DNA of 64,000 nt from Podarcis cretensis. Taxonomy: Eukaryota. The stretch is taken from assembly GCA_951804945.1 (NCBI GenBank), contig OX638153.1, positions 65,224,001 to 65,288,000 of the forward strand, read 5' to 3'. Every line of letters begins with the position of its first letter. Within the stretch, counting starts at the first letter, position 1. The translations under genes were made by a program, and so were the position numbers. The notes under the pieces are model-generated. The model saw only the letters and a list, made by a program, of their open reading frames with translations, made no database searches and had not been told where the DNA came from. Shown here one piece after another: positions 37,839 through 48,756 of this stretch.

Positions 37839-38109
37839 TTCTTTTACAAAAAAAGCACTACATCATTCCCTCCTGAAAGTCACTGCACACTCTTGCACAG
37901 CAGGACTAAATAAGGCATCTAGAAAGTAGTGCAATTACTGCCCCCAGACAAAATGCTTTGCTACAAACTTCATTTCCTTGGTTTCACCACCACTAAAACC
38001 AGGAAAAAGAAGAGAAGCCCGTTTCTAGCTACTGAAGGCTCTCATGGTCCCCTTCTTGATGCATCTTATATTAAGCCAGCTTTCCAATCCTCGGGGTCTT
38101 GAAGCAATG

Positions 38110-38268
38110 TCACTTTTGGTGTTTGAACTGCTGTATTGTTATTTCACTCTCCTTTTTCAACTCCTCAATATGTGCATCTAAGCGTTCTAAGATATGTTGA
38201 GATCTTTCTTCTTCCTCCTCCAAGAACTTGACAGCAATCGCACCAATGTTTGTTGTAGGCAACGGGCT
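38110..38268 (-). CDS. CEP63: CEP63 last coding exon
   Basis: ttttatttttAG acceptor; [52 protein letters not shown] matches the conserved CEP63 C-terminus. Confidence 0.97.
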   Translation of the reverse strand, partial: SPLPTTNIGAIAVKFLEEEEERSQHILERLDAHIEELKKESEITIQQFKHQK

Positions 38269-39376
38269 CTAAAAATAAAACATATATGTTGAACAGGACT
38301 CAACCAGAAGATTATTTCTGGCCTATTGCTACATTTTACTATTTAACTGCATCTATGGACAGAAATCCCCTAAGCAAAGCATCATCTCAGCACTGTTGGT
38401 ATATATTTAACCCTGAAAAATGTGAAAATGTTGGATTATATAGTATTTGGCTTACACCATCATCCGAACATGTTAACTTGGAGATTAAATCTCAATTATT
38501 TCAATATAGTATGCTTTTAAGCACACATACACCTAAGTTTTCATCTATTGAGCTTAAATTAGGTGTGATGAAGTTGTACATTATTTGCCTTTAAAACACT
38601 GAAGTTAATTGAAATATTTTTAGGATTTCAAGTCACAGAAATGGGGCTGACTTCTGATTAAACAAGGTTAGGATTGAACTGTAAGCCTTTCATGCTCCCC
38701 TCAAGATTCTCAATATACCTCAGGAAGCTATGGTCAAGGAGTCACATCTTTCAAAAATAAAATTATAGGGTGGAATTCAATGTCACACACTTCTAATCGT
38801 TCTGTCTGCACAAGTATTTCAGCTTGTCAGGCAGAATGAACCCCACCTCTCCTCCCTCCGCATGTTCTGGGGTTTCTCCCATGTGCCCTCAAGGCAATTT
38901 TGGGGTCATTGCAGGTGGGGAAGCCTTGTTACACAAGCAGAAGTCCTTAGTTGAGTTAAACCCTAAATGCACAACCAATAGAAACTGTATAAGTGTAAGA
39001 GGACATATCCTGCCTTTTCGGGAGCTACTGTACTAAAGACCGACATTGCACATGAGTGTATCAATAGCTCATATTATAGGAACAACTTAATATCAATGTT
39101 TCAGTTTTCTTAGTACTAGACACTGCAGGCACCAAATCCTATTCCATCCACTTCAGTGTGTCCACTTCCACATGGTTCTCCATTGCAAAAGCTACCATTA
39201 TAATGTCTAAGGCCACAATCACAGCACACATTCAAGACATTATAAACAGACATGACGTCCCCCATAATTCTGGGAGATGTAGTTTGTTAAGGGTAGTGAG
39301 AGTTGTTAGGAAACCTCTAGTCCCTTCACAGACCTACAATTTCCAGAGTTCCCTGTGAAAGGGGGTTGATTGTTAA

Positions 39377-39424
39377 ACCACTCTGAAAACCTGTAAAGGA
39401 ACCACTCTGAAAACCTGTAAAGGA
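39377..39424. repeat. Perfect 24-bp tandem duplication inside a MITE-like relic
   Basis: accactctgaaaacctgtaaagga x2. Confidence 0.9.
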
Positions 39425-40074
39425 ACCCAGCTCCCAGAATTCTTTAGGGGAAGCTGTGACTGTGGATTTGCAGTACTTTGAATGTATTGGTGTGAGTGTT
39501 GTTTACAGCTTTCCTAGGAGAGAGGTAGGCATGATAAAGAGCTGCTTATCCATAGAAGGGATTGCAGCATGCCAGCAACGAACTCACTGCTAGCGCAGCG
39601 TTGGCCAATCTCACCATGCCATGTGCATGCATGCAAACCACTAGCAAAGAAAGCACAGGGAATTGGGAAGAAATGATGGAGAAGTAGGACCTATGAATAA
39701 GCCCTCCCTGTTCGCCCATGTTTTCATCCAATCTTCAGCCCAGGTTTTGATAAGCAGCAAGTCAACTGAAGAGGTGCAGTGGAATCTGCTTTGGTCTGCT
39801 CGGAGACAAGGAACAATTCAATTGAATTTGGGACACCCCTTTCTATGCCTCTTGTTAACAAGCTGCTGCCACCTGGTGTCCTACTAACAGAATCCTTGCA
39901 GTCTTCATTTGAACAGAGGTTTTATGGCATTTGGAAGACGTTTTCAAATAAGATTTGTCTAGTCTGAGTAACACACACATCAAACATTTGTGGTAGTGGT
40001 TTTACATTAGGCATCACACTCAACCCTCGCAGATTCTGCATATAACTTGGTGTGACACTTCGTTTCATGCTTAC

Positions 40075-40357
40075 CAAAGATAGAAGTTCTTTCTCATTCT
40101 TGCCTAACATGTAAGTAAATTCACTGTTTCCATGTTGCAAGGAATCTGATCTCAGCAGGGGATCACAGGACAAGGATTCAACAGAGTTGCTCCTGCTGAT
40201 CTGGGGTGACAGTCCATCACCTGTACTAAAAACTCTTCTGGTTGACAAATGCTGCACTTTTTGAATTTCTTCTTCATAGTGCTGAACAGTCTTGTCAAAT
40301 TTAACCTGAAGTTCTCTCATTTCTTCTTCATGCTTACACTGCAGCTCTTGCAGTCTC
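40075..40357 (-). CDS. CEP63: CEP63 coding exon 13
   Basis: atgtttAG / GTAAGC; 283 nt; encodes RLQELQCKHEEEMRE...LSPQISRSNSVESL...KELLSL. Confidence 0.9.
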
Positions 40358-40613
40358 CTAAACATGGATTTAAAAAAAAGTTCACTCAATACAGACCAGC
40401 TCTTCTCAGCTGCAAATATTATGCAAGAACGCTTAGGAACAAACTAACTTTTTTCAATTCCAGGTGGAAAACACATGCAGTGCACAGAGACCTCAAGGTG
40501 TAACAGCAGAATGATTTTCTGCAGAACTCCATAGTCGTCAAGCTATACTAGGATTTCAGCCATTGTAAACAATTCATCAGAAGAGAAAAACTTGTTGAAC
40601 ACACAGCTCTTAC

Positions 40614-40819
40614 CTGCTTTCCACATTCTTTATCTCAGTCATCTGCTGCTGCATCTGCTGCATGATATTCTCATATCTGCCCTGAGACCTGCGGGATGAG
40701 GCTTCCAGGCTGGCTTTAGTTTCTGCTAGTTCTTTCAATAATCGCTGGTTTTCAGACTCCACCTTATTTAGGGCTTTGGTATAACTTTCCTGGAATTCTG
40801 CCAGGGGGGCACTTTTTCC
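40614..40819 (-). CDS. CEP63: CEP63 coding exon 12
   Basis: 206 nt; encodes GKSAPLAEFQESYTKALNKVESENQRLLKELAETKASLE...; donor GTAAGA. Confidence 0.92.
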
Positions 40820-41976
40820 CTTAAGGTGACAGAAATGCTTTAGTCAGCGCTGCTGTGTTTGTTCACCAGCCCAGCTTTCCCTAGAAAGTTTGATTTTGTA
40901 TTGCAAATTTAAGAAGTAAATTTTCCAAGTCTTCTACTAGGAAAAAATCCCTTCAGAGTGTAAATCAATCACCAGCTGTCTGAATGAGTCTACATCTAGA
41001 AAGACCGAACTAATCAAACCTACGTAGGTACAAGCTTCCCTCATTCATCTCAATTGGGTGTGAACTTCAAGACCAATTTGTGCTCACTTAAATGTCAGTC
41101 ACATTAAATGTGTTCCAGCTGCATAGCTCACCACTAACACCAAAGCCAATGGGACTGCCTGCTTGTACCTGGATATACAAAAAATCTCCTGACACTCCAT
41201 TCATTTGAAAGCGCTGTGTGATTAGTGTATTTGCCAACTGTAGAGAAAAGCTGAAATAACCAGCTGGGACTGACCCCTCTAGAGTCACAAGTCCAAGATC
41301 CTATTACCAAGAAATCCAACCACGCATGCACACACAGATCAGAGCATAACTGATGTCAGCTGAGCAACACTGAGCAAACATATCCATTTTTAAAATATAA
41401 AGTTTTTAGCTCAGTAATTTCCCTTAGTAAGATTATTTAACTCAGTGAGCCTCTACCCCATCTCCTTCACTTCCCTATTCTAATCAGCTTGCAAGAGCTG
41501 CAACATATCTGCAAATGCTGAGATGTCCTTCAAGATTTTCAAGTGAAATTTCCTTCTGTATTTTCAAGGAGACGCAGAACATTATCAAACCTGTACCATT
41601 TGTTTCTCGTCACATCAAAACATTGAAACACATTTTATAACATGTGATCTAGATTAATTTCATTTCAAAATATGAGTACATTTGTAAACTGAAGAACAAA
41701 ATCAAACTCAGAACCCCCCCCCCCGGAGGCTGTAGGGACATAACTCCCACCCCTCTATGTGGAGGGCTATTGGACTCATGATCTGCTGCCCTGTTCACCC
41801 TATCTGTTCTAAAAATGAACACATGAACAAGGAGATTTTCCAAAGTCTAGGGAGATCCCATGTTCACACTAACACAGGATCAATTTGGTTCACTTCTCCC
41901 CATAATGACAGAAGTGGGAAAAGAGATGGAAGGAAGCCCAAGGCTCACACGTTGCCTCACAAGGTACAGAAGAGAC

Positions 41977-42001
41977 TGTGTGTGTGTGTGTGTGTGTGTG
42001 T
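41977..42001. repeat. (TG)n microsatellite
   Basis: Read directly from the sequence. Confidence 0.95.
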
Positions 42002-42570
42002 TCGTGCAATGTCTGAACAACCAAATTATCTCACTTGATTATAAACACAAACCAAATTGTATTCTTCTTAATACCTACTAAAATTAAATGCCCTAGACAA
42101 ATCTTCACTAGTATTCAATTTTCAATGTTTTGTTCTCAAATGCTTGTTCTCTCCAGAGAGCTTAAATTATGGGGTGGGGTGGGGAGGGGCACAAGAAGAC
42201 ACCACCCTCTGATATGCCCACTTTAATTACCAATATGAGACAATTCTGTCTGCTGCAGCCATGTGCAGAAAACAAGTTCCACCAGTTCAGCAACATTCAT
42301 CAGGGGAAATCATCTGCAACAGTGTTCTTATTACTGAGAAGAGACAGCACAATTTTTCTGTGACAATGTGGATGGGCTTCAAATTACTATAACTATGTGT
42401 AGGGGTTCAATCAAAACATTGTGTGAGCAGGCTTTGAATGCCAACTTTTATTGCAATGTTTCATTTTATACTCTCCTTCACTAACATTGCACTGACACCT
42501 AGTGGGCCCAGAAAATAAAATATACATAGTTCAATCTGTCCATCTTTCTATCCTAACGCTTAGGATGTTT

Positions 42571-42647
42571 TGTTGTTGTTGTTTAGTCGTTTAGTCGTGT
42601 CCGACTCTTCGTGACCCCATGGACCAGAGCACGCCAGGCACTCCTGT
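42571..42647 (-). mobile_element. BovB extreme 3' stub (77 bp)
   Basis: Near-identical to the 3' end of the 23385 element; 12-bp TSD cttaggatgttt at 42559-42570 and 42648-42659. Confidence 0.92.
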
Positions 42648-42857
42648 CTTAGGATGTTTAGTCAGAAGTAAATCTCACCAATTTCACTTAAACCCGACTG
42701 TGACTTAACCTGCAAGCTTCAGTATAAAAATATCAAATCACCTTTCAAAGCTTTGTATAAATATATGAAAGATGCACTTGCCTGCGCAACACACACACGT
42801 GTTTTCTAGAGAGGCTACAAGTGCACAACACTTCAATACATCACACCAGACACTTAC

Positions 42858-42923
42858 CTTCTGAAGAATTTCTGAGAGCTGGTGATTGTCTTGCTTAAGA
42901 GATTCCAACTGCGACAAAACAGC
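42858..42923 (-). CDS. CEP63: CEP63 coding exon 11
   Basis: cacttcAG / GTAAGT; 66 nt. AVLSQLESLKQDNHQLSEILQK resembles human [22 protein letters not shown]. Confidence 0.92.
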
Positions 42924-43561
42924 CTGAAGTGACAGGGTGGGGGATGGGGAGAAGTTACCATTTTCCCCTGTTAGTATATTTCACATGGAGGAACCATATA
43001 GCCCATAAACTTGTGCAAATCTGAGAATTGCAACCTTAATCTTAGCAAGTTTCTAGCCCTCATAGCTAACTCTGAAAATGTGGTGCCAATACAGCTAAAG
43101 GGTCTGGAACATACATGCAACCAAAGAAGTGTCATCCTACAACATATGGTTTCCTCTAATGCAAGGCTCACCAACCAGGCATCCATGAGTGCCATCATTC
43201 CTGCAAAAAGCCTTCTTCATCAGTAACCGACAGGCAGGGCCCCAAGACTCTGAAATTTCGTTTCTTAAAAATATGTTTCTAGCCATCCTAGAAAGTTATA
43301 AATCAAAATGTACAGGCAGCTTTCTATGCAATTTCTGTGAAATTACCAGCCTGGCTACTCCCAGCTGGTAGTGATTTTTGCCAATGAATACATGAGAGCT
43401 GTAGTTCATAAATGAGTTGTTTGGACACCAGGCAACAGATATCCCTGGGGTCCCAAAGAGCAGATGTTCCTCCTCTCCTTTAGTGGCCTCTCTGCTTCTG
43501 TGTTATTTTTGAGACCTCAGACTTTCCATAGTTTGCCTTTTATTTTTCCCTAGTAACCAAG

Positions 43562-43969
43562 TGTGGCGTTCGCCCATTCTTTGGGGATACGTTTGTACTG
43601 GGGAAGAGAGAGGGTTAATAGGTTTACCAATAAGAAAGCCTGGGGGCGGAGCCTACCTGATTTTGAGGCTCAGCCCACAGGTTTTGACAGTTAGTTCGGT
43701 TGGTTCTTTGGGGGGGGGGAGATAGAGGAGTCAGAGTGAGTTAGAGACAGGGACATGACTGTGAGGGAATAGACTGGCAGCTTTTCAAATATATTTTAAA
43801 ACTTGTTTGAAATAAACTTTAATCATCATTGTTAACTCTACCTGAGACTCAATACTTCACCGGGGAACCCTGGGTTTTTTCCACAAAATTGGTGGCAGCG
43901 GAAGAATAAAGTAGTGGTGTACAGGTCAATAGTCCGTGAAACGACTGGGGGCTCTGTACAAACGCCACA
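43562..43969 (+). mobile_element. Solo LTR (Gypsy-like), 408 bp
   Basis: Perfect 9-bp terminal inverted repeat tgtggcgtt/aacgccaca; 5-bp TSD ccaag at 43557-43561 and 43970-43974; CCAAT, GC box and AATAAA on the + strand. Confidence 0.85.
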
Positions 43970-44497
43970 CCAAGCTACTTCTTTCCTGCAGTGAGTTCAT
44001 CTGGGATTAGGTATGCCCTAGAAATTATTACTTTTTCTAATATTAAATAATCCCTACTCCTCTGCCAAATGCAAATGTGAAAACTTTATGAAGGAGGCTT
44101 AGGCACGTCTCCTACCTGCAGAGAAGCTAAAAACCAGGGACTAATTAAGAATTCACTGCATAGTCAACTTATAGTACAATGGTATATGTGTGTTTAATGG
44201 GGCACTTTAGGCTAAGGGTTGGGGTTGGCATTGGGGAAAACCAGACTTTTTGTGCCTTTAACAGCTGTGTGGAAAAGGCTTAGCCTTTTCCAGCATGGAA
44301 ATACAATTATAGAAAAAGCTTCACCATGACTGCACAAATTTTGTGCTATGCCACCTCTCCCATGGCAGGCATGTGGTGACTGGTGCCCACAGCACTCTTT
44401 CAAAATGCAAGATGTGCCCACTGCTCCATAAAGGTTGGCAACCCCCTGCTCTAATTGCTATACATCAAAACATTTTGAGGGATAACAGCCTATTTAC

Positions 44498-44695
44498 CCT
44501 GTGCTCCACTGCCTTCCGTTCTGCTTTTTCAATCTCCATTTTTAGTTGCTGCTCCAAGTTTAAAGTACAACTATTTGATGAGGCAATTGTGATGTCGCGC
44601 TGGTGAAGCTCCCGTGTTAGCTGAGCAACCTCCTGCTTCATTCCTTCTAACTCACTGTTGTGACTACGTTCTTTGTGCAATAGCTGCTCCTTCAG
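44498..44695 (-). CDS. CEP63: CEP63 coding exon 10
   Basis: 198 nt; encodes LKEQLLHKERSHNSELEGMKQEVAQLTRELHQRDITIAS...KAVEHR. Confidence 0.95.
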
Positions 44696-45551
44696 CTAGA
44701 CAGAAACATATATGATATTTGCAGTTAACATTTCACTGATTATCAGAAATCTCAGCATACAAAGCTCTCTGGAAGCACAACGTCCTCCAGTTGCTCACTA
44801 CTGAATCCTAGTAAGCAGCACTGTTTCATAATTCATTCAGTACTAATGCACAGTGTAATAGTTCTGCCTGTATACAATGATATTCTGCATTCTTAGGGCA
44901 GTTGTATTTCATTGAATCGGGGGATTAATGATAAACTAGCAAATTACCCACAAGTGGACGGGCAAACTGAATTATTCACATTATAACAATGCCCCCTGAC
45001 TGTTCCTGAGCTTCTACTGCACACAAAAGTGCAAATAAGACAATTAAAAAAAAAAATATTACCAAAATGCAAGGTCAGAAGAGTAAAGGACCCACTTTTT
45101 GTCATAAAAAAGGTGATAGGTGCCAATAGTAAAATTGTAAGCACCATTTCAAAAACTAATGCTGAACACAACTGAACACTAAAAAAAAATGCTTTCCATT
45201 CTACATGAAATACTCACTGACCTAGCCATTGGACCAGGCTGAGCTATTAAACAAAATTGTGGGAAGGACTTAAGACACAGAAACTGAAGAAGTTGATTGT
45301 TGCATAGTTTGTTCCAATCTATGGACTAAAAAATCCCTAAAATGAACATCAAGCCACATCAGAGAAAATTCTTAACTTAATACACAGATGACATCTAATA
45401 CATAGACAAAACTCAGAAGCAACCATTAAAAACAAGGGTGCTTACTAGGTATAATGGGGCTTTCAGTAACAACATCGATTCCTACAGTGCCCAAACCTAT
45501 TTTAAAATGATATATCACTGTACATCTTTTATTTGCACAAAAGGCCCTCAC

Positions 45552-45666
45552 CTTTTTTATCTCAGCCTTGGCCTGGCAGAGGTGCTCTTCTGTCAGCTGC
45601 AGCTCCTGGTATTTCTCAGTTAGCAATTCACTCGGCGGGGCATGGTTTGAATTTGCAGAACCCAGA
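45552..45666 (-). CDS. CEP63: CEP63 coding exon 9
   Basis: 115 nt; encodes LGSANSNHAPPSELLTEKYQELQLTEEHLCQAKAEIKK; donor GTGAGG. Confidence 0.9.
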
Positions 45667-46119
45667 CTATATTCCAAAATGGTACAAGCACAGCAAAACA
45701 CAAAAGACTTTGTAAAGACTTTGTAAAATTGTAGCACGTCGCTACAGAAAGGAGAGCGGCAGCCATTTTGCAATTATATGATGCACAAATCCCACTGAGC
45801 AACATCCAAGTTACAGAAACTTTTCCTTGGTAGCTTGTTGCTTACTCAACAATTCAACAGTTGATGAGAAGTTGTAATTTTAGTCACCTAGCAAGCATAT
45901 ATGATTCTTAGACTTTTGTATGAGATAAAAATGTCTTAAATTACAGTCAGCCATCTCCAAGTAAGGCTGTCCTATTCGTATAACCCTAAATAAATTACTA
46001 AAATTTTAGACATTTCTAAGCCACCATTAGAGCCCTCTGCTACAGTAAAGATGCAGAACTTATCTTCTAAATTTAAACTCATTTGTAAAGGTGGAGAAAT
46101 TTCTGCAATGATCATCTAC

Positions 46120-46239
46120 CTGCCCTCAAGATGAATAATTTCAGGATGATCCAGCTGCAAGTGTATGTTGTCCAACTCTGTCCTGCTACGATAGATTCCA
46201 TTGGTTCCTTCACTGCTCTGCAGGCACTCTTCCAGCGAC
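46120..46239 (-). CDS. CEP63: CEP63 coding exon 8
   Basis: tcttcctgtacAG / GTAGAT; 120 nt, phase 2-2. SLEECLQ...ELDNIHLQLDHPEIIHLEG resembles human ...DLDSVLSQL...EVTCLEG. Confidence 0.85.
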
Positions 46240-46547
46240 CTGTACAGGAAGACATGCGAGTTCCTGAAGATTGTAGCCTTCTGACATCCAAATTAAATCA
46301 GACACACCAGTTCTAGTAGATGTGCAAACAGACCCACAACACAGATGAATATTGCAATGCTTGTTTCTAAAGTGCTAAATATATGATTAAAATAGAAAGT
46401 AGTACCTCAACTCTGCATTAAAAGCACTTAACAGTCAATGAAATAATCGTGGAAGAAATAATCATGTTCGCCATCGGCGTTGCAAATGAAAAAGGGAACA
46501 GCTCAGCCCTTGCATGTTACTCACCTTAAGCTCTGGCCAGGCAGAGC

Positions 46548-46908
46548 TCACATGTAATGCTAAGCCAAACTAAACTAGAAGGGAGATTGTGGCAACTTTG
46601 CTTCCCCACTGGTACTGGTACTGCTACTGCTACTGCTGTGATATAGGCCATGGTTTGGCTTAGTGTGTCATCCAAATCAAGGTTCATGGTTTGTCTCCTC
46701 AAAACAAACCACAAGCTGTAATTCAAGAACAAACCTTGGTTAAAGCTTGTGGTTTGTCTGAAAGAGACAAACCAAGAACCTGGGTTGGACAATACACTAA
46801 CCCAAATCATGGTTCACCTTGCATGAGGACTCAAGAACAAATGAAGCAGCCACACTCTTTTCCAGGAAACCACACATTTGTTTTCAGCAATGGTTTGGCT
46901 TAGTGTTA
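46548..46908. mobile_element. Palindromic MITE-like repeat
   Basis: Outer arms tgtaatgctaagccaaac / gtttggcttagtgttaca; inner imperfect palindrome of about 160 bp (46648-46811) with core aaaccacaagct / agcttgtggttt. Confidence 0.7.
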
Positions 46909-48120
46909 CAAGAAAAGCAGGTCAATTAGTTACTACTGCCTTTTTAAAGCTTGGAGCAGTAATTTAGGGACTCTCAGTAGGTCGTAACTATCAGTCACAA
47001 GGATCTTACAGTTTAAAATGGTGTTCCAGGTGTTAATCGGTAAGGAAAGATGATGGAAAGTATGACTCAATTCTAGTATTATCAACCACCTTACAACTTC
47101 TGCCCAAGAAAAGTGCTCAACCTATGAAAGCCAACATCCAACAAGAGGTTTTTTGGGGGGGAAATTGAAACACTTTAAAGTCATACAATAAAGCAAAGGT
47201 CCATATATCTGCTTGCCAGAGATGATCTGACAAATATCTGGTGACTGACTCCATCCTAGTGAGTAGGATACGCAACAGGGATAAGCCTTTGCCTTCTTCC
47301 ATACTATCTGAGAAGGGGAGAAGGCTAATTCTCACATTTGTGCTAGGCTTTGAATGTTCTGCAATTACCTCAAGTTCAGTATGTTGCCAAGAGACAAGAC
47401 CCCATCCCCAACGTGAGATGGGGTCTATGTCAAACACAAGTGTCCTTGCTTATCAAGGCCCGTCAAAATTTGTGGATCCTTGAAATAAAAGGAACAAATA
47501 ATAAGACATTCAATAAATGCATTTGGTTTGGCTGAAATTTCCCATATTTCACTGGACGGTAGTACAAAATCCTAAAAGGAGCCAACGTGTACCCTCACAA
47601 AATGTAATTCAAAATGCATGAATTTACTACAGTGGCAATTTTTAATTCAGAGAAGTAGGATTGGTGGTGTAGAGAATAAATAACCAGAGGCATTATTCTA
47701 CTATTACAAAAACAAACAATTAAATTTAGCAAGTATGTTTGTTAACCTACTGAAGCAGTTCTCAAAAGGGAGAGGTAGATTATAGTAACTTCCATTGGAT
47801 GTTTTGGCGCCTCACTGAAAGCCTCTCAAACTGGCAACAGTTAATTGACAGTCAGTTAAAAATATAAAATCTATTTTCTCTTTCTCTCTCCAAGAAACAT
47901 TTAGAAAATCCACCTTAAATCATGCTGTGGACTGATATAACCCTGTCTCTTTTTCCTTTTTTTAAATAACGTTTTTAGCAAATGCTGAATACTAATCACT
48001 ATCTATCTTCAGTTGGGTTGGAAAAACAAATGTGCTACAGACTTTTTCTAGACATCTAGGAATATCTAGGTTTCAGGCAAAGGGCATAATTTGGGTATGT
48101 TTTGATGCCAAGAACCATAC

Positions 48121-48266
48121 CTTACAAAAGCTTCTTTGTTTTGCAAGGTTTCAGTTAGTTTGGACACTTCCTTCTGTAATTGTTCTTTATGCATCTGTAA
48201 GTTGTTAATGAAGTCCTCCTGAGAGAGCAGAGTGGCCCTAAGTTCCATCTTTTCTTCATGTAGAAC
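48121..48266 (-). CDS. CEP63: CEP63 coding exon 7
   Basis: ttcctctgaAG / GTATGG; 146 nt; encodes VLHEEKMELRATLLSQEDFINNLQMHKEQLQKEV... Confidence 0.92.
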
Positions 48267-48522
48267 CTTCAGAGGAAAAGATGGAAATTAGTGATGAAAA
48301 GATACAACAAACGGGATTAAGATTTTAGAATAAGCAAGCTATTGTGCTTGTGCATATACCCAAAGAGGAGGACAACTTGGAACAATCCCTTCCCTGTCAG
48401 ACATTGCTTCTCAATTAGGCTCAGGATAAAGCTGGGAGGAAGCCTATTTAATTAGTGACTTGCCAGCCCACTACCATTACAAGCTGTATATTAACCTGCT
48501 TCCAAGCAATTCACTCACAGAC

Positions 48523-48756
48523 CTCCAGTGAGTTCCGGGAAACATTCAGCTCATCTAGTACTCTTTGATGTTCCTCCAAAATTTTCTGATTGCTAGAAGT
48601 TAAATCATCCACTTTCATATTCAGCCTTTCCACTTCCAGTTCATTGGCACAGATAGTGTCATTGGCCCTTTCCAACTTGCTAGTTAAGTGATGGATTTCA
48701 GATTGGCTCGCCAGCTCCACAGACTCAAACATTTGCTTCCGGCTGGACAGTTGAGC
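48523..48756 (-). CDS. CEP63: CEP63 coding exon 6
   Basis: 234 nt; encodes AQLSSRKQMFESVELASQSEIHHLTSKLERANDTICANELEVERL... Confidence 0.96.

Noticed and set aside
39922-40074. In-frame read-through past the CEP63 exon 13 donor (50 aa)
   Set aside because: Good GTAAGC donor and a conserved terminal exon downstream; the extension looks like random intron.
40358-48522. Two CEP63 introns both 256 bp long (40358-40613 and 48267-48522)
   Set aside because: No sequence similarity between them; treated as coincidence.
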